From NCBI GenBank assembly GCA_032718475.1, contig JAUCBJ010009117.1, positions 1 to 64,000 on the forward strand: a stretch of 64,000 nucleotides of DNA, in the 5' to 3' direction. Positions 1 to 11,250 of the stretch are shown here, piece after piece. Position 1 is the stretch's first letter. Every line of letters begins with the position of its first letter. The DNA comes from Nemertoderma westbladi. Taxonomy: Eukaryota; Animalia; Xenacoelomorpha. The position numbers were made by a program, and so were the translations under genes. Below the pieces are notes generated by a model. That model was not told the origin of the DNA, did not search any database, and saw only the letters and a program-made list of their open reading frames with translations.

Positions 1-729
1 TTCCATCAGTTGGTATTTGAGATGACGTGTTAAATTTTGACTGCGTCAATTGCGACCTGAGTGGTGTGTAGAACTAGAAGAGGTAATGTTACTACCAGAT
101 AATACGAAAAACGCAAGGCGTTCGTGGGGCCTCCGCGCTGCACGAGAATCAGTTATTAGACATAAATTAAAATTGGGCGATTGTATCACAAAATCTGTAT
201 CTCAGAAATTTACAACAAAACAGTCAATAAATCAAAGAAGAGGGGGAAGTTCCTAAATATTAATGTCCAATTTGTCAACGCCTCAACAAATAGCTAATTA
301 TTCGATAGTATCACGATTGAATTCACATCCACTCATTTGCGAGATAAACAATAAGCAAGCTGACTTATTAGTCTGGTTACTTAAACTGCGGAGAGTCATA
401 GATGTAATTACCCTTTGCTCTAGTAGTGGTGAGCTGGGACTGGTTCCCAGCTAGGCAATAGTAAGCACGACATGGAATGAGGGAGCGTATAGGGTGGAGA
501 GACTGGGCATTTTAATACCTTAATTACATTTAGATCAATTAAAAACCCATTTCTTAAAGTAAATCACTTGAACTAATTAAAAACTATAATGGGATGGGGT
601 ATGGGGATTACAGCTGTATAATTTTTTAAGTATAATTAGTTATAACTTATACTATAAAATAATTAATTAATTAATAAATTTAATTAATTAACTTATTAAT
701 TAATAAATTAACTAATTAACTGCTTTTAT

Positions 730-863
730 CTTTCTTAGCTTCTCGAAGGCCACACGCAAATTCTATTTCGAAAATTTCTAAACTTTTTCCAAACAACATG
801 TGTACCAAGTTTGGGTAGATTTTATCGAGGATTGGCAGAGTTATTAACGTTTAAAATTTCGAC
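730..863. repeat. Helentron/DINE-1-like (HINE) interspersed repeat, left part; continues at 7513-7603 after the hAT insertion
   Basis: Joined 730-863 + 7521-7603 (gtaccaagtttggg...gagttattaacg...cccgtatgctaagctcgcttactt...cccccacac) resembles the reverse complement of 59985-60130. The family assignment is by resemblance to HINE cores only. Confidence 0.45.
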
Positions 864-1414
864 CAGGGACAGGATACGATACGAAAATACGATATGATAC
901 GAACCAATTTTTCACCATACGATACGATACGAATGCAATTTTGAGTAAATACGTTACGATACGAAAAATCCAAGATACGATACGAAATACAAAAAAGTTT
1001 CGTATTTTTTCGTATCGTATTTTATCTAAGAGTTGATAAATAATATTGTATTGTATTTTGTATTACACTTAGAAAATCATAAATTATTATATAATAGGTA
1101 AATATTTTGTATTTGATTGTTCCAGTATGCTTGCAACAGCAATAGTGTGTCTACTGGCTACAACATCCATACGTTATGCAACGGGGCCCATTAGTAGGCG
1201 TTACCATATTAACATGCCACTCTATGAATACTTTTGATGTACCTAGGCCTACATAATGCCGTTATTCCTGGAATAATTTTGAATTTGATGTACCAAGATA
1301 TGGAATAAAATTCAAAACTTCAATTTCGAAGTCAAACTTAATACTAAAATAAAACAAAATGTTTTATTTCTATTATTATTTCACTATAATGCCTTATCAT
1401 ATAACAATGGTACA

Positions 1415-1873
1415 ATGGTTCCATGGAAACATGGTAAATCCGTCACTTGGGATGCGACTGTGGTAGATCCCCTTTGTCCCAGCCACATACACCTTGCCCT
1501 GACTGCTGGGGGTCGCGTTGCGGAGGTGGCTGAGGAGAAGAAAACAGCCAAATACCGGGAGCTAGTCGACCGGGGCTACATCTTCTCCCCGGTTGCCTTT
1601 GAGACCTACGGCTGTCCGGGCTCTTCCACTCTCAGTTTCCTGAAGGAGATAGGCGACCGTATACGTAGTGTCACCAACGAGCCGCGGTCGCACCGATTCC
1701 TCCTACAGAGGCTCCTCATTGCCATTCAGATCGGCAATGCCGCTTCGATCTTAGGATCGATTAGGTCCACGGACGAGGGTCTGTTGGATCTCGTCTCCTA
1801 GGCTCCTCCACTTGCGTTCCCCGCTCCCTCTATCCCATCTCCCCCCCCCCTTATAACTCTTATTCCCCCGCCC
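1415..1873 (+). mobile_element. 5'-truncated CRE-clade non-LTR retrotransposon fragment (restriction-like endonuclease C-terminus plus start of 3'UTR), copy 1
   Basis: ORF 1415-1801: PWKHGKSVTWDATVVD...AEEKKTAKY...FSPVAFETYG...FLLQRL.IAIQIGNAASILG matches the CRE REL-endonuclease pattern. Confidence 0.85.
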
Positions 1874-2288
1874 TATTTTTATATGTTTTTATACACATGT
1901 CATTCGTATACACTATATCACTGTTGTTTTATTATTTTATCAGCCTTTATTTGTTTTTATAGATATTCTACAGTACTTAATAGCAGGATAGGGTACACCA
2001 TTGGTTTAGTTTTTATTTACTATTAATTTTTTAAAAGTTTTTAACATTTTAATACCTTTATTTTAAATTTTGATTTGAGTTAGTTTTGGTGCATTATGAA
2101 TTTCCGATATAATTTCAAACCATGCTCAACTTCTTCTACCGGTCTGCCACTTTACACAGCTAATATCTTTATTAAAATAGTCATTACTACTATACAGTAC
2201 CATAACGGTATCGGTTTTGTATATATCTTTGTAGGTTTTGAATTGGTTGTTTTAGTTAAATTATATTAATATTGTGTTTAAAATAATA

Positions 2289-2331
2289 TACCACTGAAGA
2301 CGCGCGGGAAGCGTGAAATAGCTATATGGTA
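2289..2331 (+). ncRNA. Minimal type I hammerhead ribozyme in 5' pLTR
   Basis: TACCA-CTGAAGA-cgcgcgggaagcgt-GAAA-tagcta-TA-TGGTA: stem I TACCA/TGGTA, both core boxes, palindromic stem III (ATAGCTAT); predicted cleavage after 2326. Confidence 0.8.
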
Positions 2332-2393
2332 AACTAACAATATTTTATATTAGCCGTGGCTCAAGACCCTTACTCGTCATTAATATTTATAAT

Positions 2394-5300
2394 TTGAGTA
2401 TGCTTACGCCACGAAAGGCATCGTTCCATTACATTAACTCGCTTGATATTAACCGAAGGGCTTCTACTGATGTCAGGAATTGTTTAAATTTAAAAATCAA
2501 ACAAACCCGTACCGTGATACAAATCGACTATTTTAAAGATTGCCGCCGTGCTGGTTTCCCGCCGCAATTTATGGCAGCACGACTGCAACAAATTATTAAA
2601 TTCTATCCAACGTTATATAAGGGACTTTTAACGAAAATATTTCGGCAAGAGCTCAACCTAAAGTATAAATCGCTCAGGAGATTAAAGATTGCGTTTCGCA
2701 AATGCCTTTCCCGTCTCGAACAGGATGCTATCAACAGCGGCAACTATATCGCTACGCAGTATCTAAACGCCTGGCTACCATTGGTTGGTGAGCGTGAGTT
2801 GGAGGTTGCGTGCCAACGTCTGGAATACAAGTTTTCTTTTGAGATGGGACGGGAAGTTATGAGTCGCTATTTAGATACAGCAAATGGACGAGTTGCGTCC
2901 AACCAACGATTCCGTGATTTGGACCCCTCCCACCCTCAATCTACGAATCCATTTCCCATTCTGCAGGCACCAGTAAATAACCTTTCTAAAATACTCCTCA
3001 ACCAGGACCAAAGAGACTTGCTCGGATTGGGGTTCACCTTCATTCCATACCATGGTACAGCGCCCTCTGATGTTCTAGAGGCTAAGATTGACGTAGCCTC
3101 AGCAGCAACGAAAATTAGAACTAGATTTCGAAAATTGGTTAATCCACCTGTGGATGAACAATCAGAAACGCCCCCTCAAACATCTGGCCAACTGCATCGT
3201 GCCACCGAAGTCCCTGTAGCATCAAACACTTCTGCTACTCCCAAGGTTAGTACTGCCACGCAACTATCTCATACTCGTTCGCAACCAACAACGGCCCGCA
3301 AAAAACTATTCCCAGCCGCGAATACAGATGCTTATGAACCAACACCCCTTGTTGAGGTAATACAGGAGCTGAACAGAGCGAATCCACAGCCGGCTCCACG
3401 GACCCGACCCCGGGTAGACTGCAGTTTGCACCCAGATTTTCCTTTGCAACTTGACCGCCGAGCTGGAGTTCTCATTCCTGACACACCTTCTTCGCGCACC
3501 CGTTCGAGAACAGCACAGGATTCAGTTAACTACAATCTGCGAGGTAAGAGTAATTCTAGACTTAACGCCATCCCGCAGTCATCCCCTATTGCTGTTAAAC
3601 CTCCTGATCCCCCTCACTTTAGCCATCCCCGTTGGGTAGCGTCATCTGTAGACAGCGTTTCTGTTGAGAATATTATTTCTGGCTTGCACAGAGCAGTGCG
3701 AAGGGTCAATGTAGATAAACTTAATGAGGATGTACGCCCTAATATCACCCCAGCACAGCAGTTGGCTCTCAAACAGCTCCGAAATAACAAGAATTTAGCA
3801 TTCCTTAAAGGTGACAAAACTGGTAATATTATTTTATTGGATAAATCTGCTAAGGAATATGAGATCCTTCGAATTTTGGGTGATAAGAAAACATATGAGA
3901 AACTACGCAAAGACCCTACTGCACGATTTCGTGTTGAATGCCGATCGTTATTAGATTCCCTTGCTATTGGGAACCAACGGCTTCGCCATCACCTCTTCCC
4001 TAATACCTTCACTACCGGCCATATCTTTATAACTCTTAAAGACCATAAACCACGTGACGAATGGGTAACCCACCCTAATGGTGCCCTAATCCCAAAAGGT
4101 AGACCTATTATATCTAATACGGACGCATTTTTTAAACCCTTATCCAAAATGATGCACTACTACCTGCACCCTTTAGTTACTACTGCCGATAACTATCTAA
4201 AAAGCTCTTTGGATCTCAAACAAACCATGCCTACAACAACTAATAATTCCCATTTTACTTTAGTTACTATTGATGTAATCGACATGTTTACCGCCATCCC
4301 TCATGAATTGGGTATTGAGGCTACCATGCATGCACTTTCTGAGGATCCTACGTTACCTGAACGTTCTATTTTTACACCAACTCAACTCGCAGCAATTTTA
4401 CGGTTTCTTTTATACCACAACTTTTTCTGTTACCAGAATATGCACTACCTGCAAATCGCAGGAGCACCTATGGGCGGTCACCACAGTAGTGATTATTCTA
4501 TAATCAGTTCGTACAAAGTACTCAAGAGGGCGTTAACTATTTCGCTACGGACTCCTTCATTCTTTCGTACTCTGGTGGATGATAGTTTCGCAATTTACGA
4601 TGAGCGACTAACTGATCAGCATTTCGAGTTCATGAAGACCGCATTCAATTCAGCGTGCAGGAATTTATATAATAGTGATGCCATCCAATTTACAATGGAG
4701 TACTCCCATGCTAGTGTCGACTACCTCGATCTAACGATAGCTGCTAATGCATACACCCTTAGAACTCGTTTATTTAGAAAACCAATGGCTAATAAACTAC
4801 CTATTATGTACTCTAGTTTCCACCATAAACCTACGTTACGGGCAGTGGTGAAATCGGAAATTTTGCGTATTCGCCGTTTAACTGACTCAAACCATTTGTT
4901 CACATGTTATAAACACCAGTACCTCGAGTTGTGTGAGAATCGAGGCTATCCGCTGGATTTCCTCCTCTCCCTCCATGCATCAAACCCAACACCTCTTGGT
5001 CCAGTGCCGATCACGCAGCAGCCGTCTTTACCAACAGAGGGGGATGGTCCATCAGCACCCCAAAATTTGAATAAGACTACATCGAATGGGCCAAAATACA
5101 CCTCTATATATCTCCCTACGACCCCACAGTCCCTGCCTGTCCTAGCGCCCGTTATCCGCAAATATAATGCTGACTTGCGTTCGCTAGGTATTAGTGTCCA
5201 AACGGTCCCGCGTAACCTCCCATCGTTAGGTAAACTGTTGATCACCAAGTCCGAGCCAACTCTGCCTCTTGGTAATCACTCTTGCAATGGGCCTCGTTGC

Positions 5301-5699
5301 AAATGCTGCTCGGCCGTTCTAGACCAGCGCCGGACACCATGGGGTGACCCCATCCATGGGAGATTTAACTGCAAATCATTTAATGTGATATATTTCATCA
5401 AATGTAAACTGCATCCACACTTGTGGTATCTCGGCCAGACAGAACAGCGTTTACATGAGCGCCTCCGAGGTCACCGTAGTGCCATAAATGACGCAGCTGG
5501 CAAGGGGCTAGGAGTCGATTTATCGAGTCCTGAAGTCTTGCTACTGCAACACTTTGTTATTTGTGGGATCGGTGCGCTCAATATTACATGTTCTAAAAGG
5601 TTTACTAACCACGAGCGTAGGATTCATTCTGAAGCGGTTCTAATTAACTTGCATCGCCCCCCACTTAACACTGTAGTTCCCCGTATTGGTCTGTACTAA
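2394..5699 (+). CDS. Penelope-like reverse transcriptase / GIY-YIG endonuclease (about 1100 aa; first ATG at 2400)
   Basis: PLE motifs: VNNLS...LLGLGFTFIP, LKGDKTGNIILLD, KGRPIIS, TIDVIDMFTAIP, GAPMG, LVDD, YLDL, KPMA; Cys linker CNGPRCKCC; FNCKSFNVIYFIKC...YLGQT...RLHERLRGH, with E and PLN of GIY-YIG; no stops. Confidence 0.93.
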   Translation: MSMLTPRKASFHYINSLDINRRASTDVRNCLNLKIKQTRTVIQIDYFKDCRRAGFPPQFMAARLQQIIKFYPTLYKGLLTKIFRQELNLKYKSLRRLKIAFRKCLSRLEQDAINSGNYIATQYLNAWLPLVGERELEVACQRLEYKFSFEMGREVMSRYLDTANGRVASNQRFRDLDPSHPQSTNPFPILQAPVNNLSKILLNQDQRDLLGLGFTFIPYHGTAPSDVLEAKIDVASAATKIRTRFRKLVNPPVDEQSETPPQTSGQLHRATEVPVASNTSATPKVSTATQLSHTRSQPTTARKKLFPAANTDAYEPTPLVEVIQELNRANPQPAPRTRPRVDCSLHPDFPLQLDRRAGVLIPDTPSSRTRSRTAQDSVNYNLRGKSNSRLNAIPQSSPIAVKPPDPPHFSHPRWVASSVDSVSVENIISGLHRAVRRVNVDKLNEDVRPNITPAQQLALKQLRNNKNLAFLKGDKTGNIILLDKSAKEYEILRILGDKKTYEKLRKDPTARFRVECRSLLDSLAIGNQRLRHHLFPNTFTTGHIFITLKDHKPRDEWVTHPNGALIPKGRPIISNTDAFFKPLSKMMHYYLHPLVTTADNYLKSSLDLKQTMPTTTNNSHFTLVTIDVIDMFTAIPHELGIEATMHALSEDPTLPERSIFTPTQLAAILRFLLYHNFFCYQNMHYLQIAGAPMGGHHSSDYSIISSYKVLKRALTISLRTPSFFRTLVDDSFAIYDERLTDQHFEFMKTAFNSACRNLYNSDAIQFTMEYSHASVDYLDLTIAANAYTLRTRLFRKPMANKLPIMYSSFHHKPTLRAVVKSEILRIRRLTDSNHLFTCYKHQYLELCENRGYPLDFLLSLHASNPTPLGPVPITQQPSLPTEGDGPSAPQNLNKTTSNGPKYTSIYLPTTPQSLPVLAPVIRKYNADLRSLGISVQTVPRNLPSLGKLLITKSEPTLPLGNHSCNGPRCKCCSAVLDQRRTPWGDPIHGRFNCKSFNVIYFIKCKLHPHLWYLGQTEQRLHERLRGHRSAINDAAGKGLGVDLSSPEVLLLQHFVICGIGALNITCSKRFTNHERRIHSEAVLINLHRPPLNTVVPRIGLY

Positions 5700-6387
5700 A
5701 ACATGTGAACTTTGTTTTGTATATTCTACTTAGGATTTTGTATTAATCAGTTTGGTTTTATTTTATATCTCATTGTTTTGCTAACTATGTGGCTCGCCCC
5801 ACATGCCCGCCTTAATGATAATTTCACCTCCAGTCATACAGCTGCTATTTGCTTTTTGAATAGCTGGTCCCTCTGGATATTTACCCTATGGCGTAGTTAG
5901 TATTACTCAATCATTCTGTTAGTTTTATTTAATTAATTTTAAAGATTTTATTACTGCTTTTATTTCTGAGGTTTTTTTTATATGTTTTTATACACATGTC
6001 ATTCGTATACACTATATCACTGTTGTTTTATTATTTTATCAGCCTTTATTTGTTTTTATAGATATTCTACAGTACTTAATAGCAGGATAGGGTACACCAT
6101 TGGTTTAGTTTTTATTTACTATTAATTTTTTAAAAGTTTTTAACATTTTAATACCTTTATTTTAAATTTTGATTTGAGTTAGTTTTGGTGCATTATGAAT
6201 TTCCGATATAATTTCAAACCATGCTCAACTTCTTCTACCGGTCTGCCACTTTACACAGCTAATATCTTTATTAAAATAGTCATAACTACTATACAGTACC
6301 ATAACGGTATCGGTTTTGTATATATCTTTGTAGGTTTTGAATTGGTTGTTTTAGTTAAATTATATTAATATTGTGTTTAAAATAATA

Positions 6388-6430
6388 TACCACTGAAGAC
6401 GCGCGGGAAGCGTGAAATAGCTATATGGTA
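6388..6430 (+). ncRNA. Minimal type I hammerhead ribozyme in 3' pLTR
   Basis: Identical copy of 2289-2331. Confidence 0.8.
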
Positions 6431-6487
6431 AACTAACAATATTTTATATTAGCCGTGGCTCAAGACCCTTACTCGTCATTAATATTT

Positions 6488-7091
6488 ATGGTTCCATGGA
6501 AACATGGTAAATCCGTCACTTGGGATGCGACTGTGGTAGATCCCCTTTGTCCCAGCCACATACACCTTGCCCTGACTGCTGGGGGTCGCGTTGCGGAGGT
6601 GGCTGAGGAGAAGAAAACAGCCAAATACCGGGAGCTAGTCGACCGGGGCTACATCTTCTCCCCGGTTGCCTTTGAGACCTACGGCTGTCCGGGCTCTTCC
6701 ACTCGCAGTTTCCTGAAGGAGATCGGCGACCGTATACGTAGTGTCACCAACGAGCCGCGGTCGCACCGATTCCTCCTACAGAGGCTCCTCATTGCCATTC
6801 AGATCGGCAATGCCGCTTCGATCTTAGGATCGATTAGGTCCACGGACGAGGGTCTGTTGGATCTCGTCTCCTAGGCTGCTCCACTTGCGTTCCCCGCTCC
6901 CTCTATCCCATCTCCCCTCCCCCTTATAACTCTTATTCCCCCGCCCCCTTTGTAATTTGTCTCTGTTTTATGTATATTTTTGTTTAATTGTGTTATAACT
7001 TTAATTATCAAATTAATTAAGTATAAAGTACATTATTTTATTAATACTTTCATAGTAAATTAATAACCTAATAATTAATACGATTTATTGT
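6488..7091 (+). mobile_element. CRE-clade fragment copy 2 with longer 3'UTR
   Basis: 6488-6946 matches 1415-1873 except about 4 substitutions, then continues into an AT-rich tail; candidate 10-bp TSD TCATATAACA at 1397-1406 and 7092-7101 brackets the whole composite. Confidence 0.8.
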
Positions 7092-7901
7092 TCATATAAC
7101 ATCAATGCATTGTAGGCGCGATTACAGTTCTCCTCACAAGTTTATTTAAAGTTTATTTTATTATATTTCACTGGTCTTTTTATCATTAATCTACAGTTGA
7201 TTACAATGCGATTAACGATCCCCCTGCCTTACACATTCTATTGACATGATAAAACTGTAAGCTCTAACCTAATATATACACCAATTTTGAGAAAAATATT
7301 TAATTTAAAGAAATAAGTGGTGTGATCTCTGTTTTGACTTTTAAAAAAATTAATATTTATAAAATAATAAGATACGAAATACGAAAAATATTTATTCGTA
7401 TTTTACGATACGAAGTCTATTTTTATGATACGATACGAAATTCGATACGAATAAAATATTGCGATACGAAAATCGAAAATCCATTTTCGTATCGGATCGT
7501 GTCCTGTCCCTGATTTCGACACAACATAACAAAAGACACACCGATTGAGTTAGTGGTACCCGTATGCTAAGCTCGCTTACTTTCGTGGCTCGCCCCACAC
7601 AATTATATTGTCTTTATAAATATATAAACTGAAAGGTTTAAGATTAATCCGTTTATTACAATTATTATAGTAATTATATAAATAAATGTAATAGTATATT
7701 AGGATACGAGCATACAAGTTACTACAGTATAATACGCACGTATAGGCCGGACACCCTCACTATAATTATTGAGTAATATTGCAGTTGTTATTTGTACGTC
7801 ATATTGGAATAAGGAACTATAAATTGAATTCACCAGCTTTACCCACTGAGCGAAAAAAGTAATTGTGGTTTATTAAAAGGAATATAAGTATACTGTCTCG
7901 T

Positions 7902-9488
7902 CTACTCTCCCTTCTGCAGGGCGTCTAGCCTGTCTAACAGGGGTGGATGATTGAAGGTAAACGAGGAATACAACCAATCGTTTATCGGGAATGATAGGTT
8001 GTCCTTGTTGAGTTTAATTAAGGCCGCTTTCAGCTCCGTGGCGCGGTGTAACGACTTGGCGAATCCGTCGGCCTGGAACTCGAAACGACGACACAGTAAA
8101 GTCATAAGGAAACCGAGAACGAGGTTGTAAGGGGAGAAAATAAACTGAAAGATGATAATAAGTCCGATGAGGATGGGTTGCTGGGAGAAACCGAAGGCGG
8201 CGTAAAGAGCGGGATTCTTGTAGAGCAAACTAAAGAGAGAAAAGCTGACGAGGAGGTTTACCTGAGCGATAATGATGTTGCAGAGAACGTGGTTGAACTT
8301 CCAATGACCCAGCTCGTGGGACAACACTGCCAGAACCTCGTCATTGGTGCAACCTTTCTGTCCGGTGGGTTTATCCGACTCTTTGGGCAGGTCGTCAACG
8401 TCCTCGTTTATAGATGAGCGTTTCTCGTCGGAATCCCCACTAGGGAGTTTCTCCCAACCGCCGTTGTCCGGAGATCCATCGGAACTATCTCGAACCTCTT
8501 CAATAACATCGTTCTTTTTGGTTTCATCGACGTCCTCAGTAGAATCCTCTTTGTCGATGGGTTTAACTTCATCTTTGACGAAGGGATTTACTGACTCCAG
8601 CAACAAGGTATCGAATAAAACGATCCGCTTGTTCTTGTGGAACCCGTAGAAGTAGGCGTTACTGTGGTTGGACCTCTTGGAACCCTCGACGACGTACAGC
8701 TTAGTGAGCGGGAACTCTAGACTCCTCGCCAACTCCTCGATGCGGGTGCGTAACTCCCCTTCCGGTAGCGGCGTGAACTTATCGAAGAGAGGAGCGATAA
8801 AATCCGCGTAAACGAAGACGAGGAACAGAGACACAGAGCATGAGAATACCCAGGCGTAGAGGACAAAGTAATCGCCGCCAATGTGGATGATGTATATCAA
8901 CGCGGAAGTTATAGGGACGCTCAAACACACACCGACTACTAAACCCTTAATCTTATCCTTAATAAAGAAACCCAATGTCTGTTTGTTGAATCCGTGTTTC
9001 TCCTCGATAACGAAAGTGGAATACAGCGACCATGGCAACCCGGTAACCATGCTGAACGCGATGCCTAGCAACATGAAGATATTCGACTGGGCGATCTCAA
9101 ATCCGATACCTCGGGAGTAACTGAATCCCAGGAAATCTGTAAGGATCGTCTGGGAAGCGCTCCATATGAAAGGGAAACCGCCGAGGAGTAGAATAGCGGT
9201 GGATTCAACCTCGTTGTAGAAGGACGACCAGAATCCGAAGACGCTGCGATCAAGGTTGTACAGACGAGCCTTGGAGAATGTTTCCTCGTTCATTATCCCG
9301 ACCATTTCGGAGGGCGGAGTGACGTTGGTTCGCAGTACGGCGCGTTGACGACGAGATAAATAGGTCTCCCAGCAGTAGACCAGCCACATAAAGATCATTA
9401 CGAACCAGAATAGCGTGTTGGGAGACAACCCGATAGCGGTGGATTCAGTTTCGGGCGGAGGAATAAATGCTGGAGGTGTGTTCGACAT
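7902..9488 (-). CDS. ZMPSTE24: CAAX prenyl protease 1 (zinc metalloprotease, peptidase M48), intronless
   Basis: 528 aa with FVIEEKHGFNKQT, FIAPLFDKFTPLPEGELR, VVEGSKRSNHSNAYFYG, KRIVLFDTLL, the HELGHW zinc motif, RRFEFQAD and HPPL; multiple TM segments. Confidence 0.96.
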   Translation of the reverse strand: MSNTPPAFIPPPETESTAIGLSPNTLFWFVMIFMWLVYCWETYLSRRQRAVLRTNVTPPSEMVGIMNEETFSKARLYNLDRSVFGFWSSFYNEVESTAILLLGGFPFIWSASQTILTDFLGFSYSRGIGFEIAQSNIFMLLGIAFSMVTGLPWSLYSTFVIEEKHGFNKQTLGFFIKDKIKGLVVGVCLSVPITSALIYIIHIGGDYFVLYAWVFSCSVSLFLVFVYADFIAPLFDKFTPLPEGELRTRIEELARSLEFPLTKLYVVEGSKRSNHSNAYFYGFHKNKRIVLFDTLLLESVNPFVKDEVKPIDKEDSTEDVDETKKNDVIEEVRDSSDGSPDNGGWEKLPSGDSDEKRSSINEDVDDLPKESDKPTGQKGCTNDEVLAVLSHELGHWKFNHVLCNIIIAQVNLLVSFSLFSLLYKNPALYAAFGFSQQPILIGLIIIFQFIFSPYNLVLGFLMTLLCRRFEFQADGFAKSLHRATELKAALIKLNKDNLSFPINDWLYSSFTFNHPPLLDRLDALQKGE

Positions 9489-10689
9489 GACGATGTTGCT
9501 GTGATGCGTGATATGCTGAAATCGAACTGAGGACTGGCTGCAGAAGATAATGGTTTACAGGTTTAGTTGCGATTACGTGGAAATAAATTTCTGAATTTGT
9601 TGATACTGGATAGGCCTACCGGTCAGCCGGTTCTAACAGATTTACAGATTGTAACAGGTAGAGCGGAGCCTACAGCAGTACCGGTAGATCAATCACTATG
9701 CACATTTGCGTCGAGTTCCCCTTTGTTGTAGTTCCCCATTGTAGTGCACCACAGATAGTCACAGTTAGTATGCCAGTTACGTCAGGGGTTGTCGTTTTAC
9801 TCGTACTGTATAAAAAATAATTTTGCAACTTCTTTATTGACCTTATCACCCATGGATCTATCTTTTTGACCTCCCTCGCTGTGCTAGCTCGGTAAATAAG
9901 CTATCACGCGGCAAGCGGTAAATAAAGTGATAAATAAATATTTAGGCCAATTATTATTATTATCGCGCATTAGAAATATGAAATATAAAATTGCATAAAA
10001 AGGCGGAATAAGGAATAGTAACGATATACGTCAATATTCATAAAATAGCACTTTAGTGGAGCTATAAAAAATATAAAATTGAAATTGGAGGCATTTATTA
10101 TTAATTTATTTGTGTCAATAACAATTTATTACAACAAATTATCATGGCAGCTAGTTATTTTTATTGTACCTCTTTATTACCAAATTAATAAATAATTATT
10201 TATTACTTTGGAAAAAAGTAACCTTTTCTCTATTCTAGAGCTAATATACTTAAAGAGCGCCATCAGGTTACTGTAATAGAGTGTCGAGTGCATATCGAGT
10301 CTATTAAAAAAAGGTTTTAAGATTTTTTCCTAGTAATTTTATCTTTAGATGCCGAAAAAATAATATATTACTGGTAAATAATAACTATTTATATCACGTT
10401 GATAAAAGTAGCACTTTATAGGAAAATAATACAAGTTGGTTGACTCGCCGAGCGCAGCGAGGCAAGTTAAGTAGACGAGTACTGTTTTGGTTTCCTATAA
10501 AGTACTTTTTATCCACGTGATATATGTAATTTTATTCAAAAATTTAAACATTTCTTTTCGACTTTCCGATGAGGCATTGTCTAATATAATATAAATTAAA
10601 TATAACTATAGACATTTCATTTGGAAAAAATTACACTTTGCATTAAATTAACTAAATAAATAATAAGTTCCACAAGTCCTAGTTTATGT

Positions 10690-11250
10690 TAATGGTGGAG
10701 TTTTCTGCCATATACCGGTAGTGTAGTTGTTTGTAACGGAGCTGGAGGTAGCGCATGGCGATTGGAGTTCCACGTGGTTTTCCCGAATAGACTCCAGCCA
10801 ATCTTTTCGCCCTAACTAAACTCCCCTGTCGGCAGCGATGGTGGCGCTAGTTCGCCTAAATGAGTGGCCTGTATTTGCTGTATATCGCTCTGGGTTCGTC
10901 AGCTTTCAGGTATTTGGCAATATCGACGCCGATACAGTATATGTAATCGTAAAGTATTCCCATCGGTTGGTTAATAAACTTAAACGATGTGGTAACTTTT
11001 TAACAGCATCGTAATACGTGGCCAGTTTTGAAGACGTCCTCCGAACTTCCACTGGTGGACTTCGTTCAGTTTACTAGGTATACCAGATTATGGACACTTT
11101 CAAGCGTCTCACTGCAGTAGTAGTGCTGTGTTGTATTAAGCAATCCTTGCTGTTAGCGGGGACCGATAATTCGAGAATATCATCAATACTGCATTGCGGG
11201 TACTACATATTTCCAATTGGGGTGTCGTATTTATGTTTGATATGCTGATT
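10690..11250 (-). pseudogene. Degenerate Crypton-type tyrosine recombinase
   Basis: Minus-strand pieces FINQPMGI, IAKYL(K)LTNPERYT..GHSFRRTSATIAADRG (HxxR box at about 10840-10869) and YMAENS near 10700; frameshifted; followed by a terminal hairpin at 10391-10524. Confidence 0.7.

Larger units (their letters stand above)
1876..6489 (+). mobile_element. Full-length Penelope-like element (Neptune-type) with two direct pLTRs
   Basis: 515-bp direct repeats at 1876-2390 and 5975-6489 (offset 4099; one difference seen, cattac/cataac) flank an RT + GIY-YIG ORF; a hammerhead motif lies in each repeat. Confidence 0.93.
864..7512. mobile_element. Non-autonomous hAT-type DNA transposon carrying a nested retroelement composite
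   Basis: TIRs CAGGGACAGGATACGAT (864) and ATCGTGTCCTGTCCCTG (to 7512); perfect 8-bp TSD ATTTCGAC at 856-863 and 7513-7520; GATACGA subterminal repeats at both ends; no transposase. Confidence 0.9.

Noticed and set aside
1-510. Possible L1/Tx1 3' remnant
   Set aside because: Coding-like composition but no diagnostic motif within the window.
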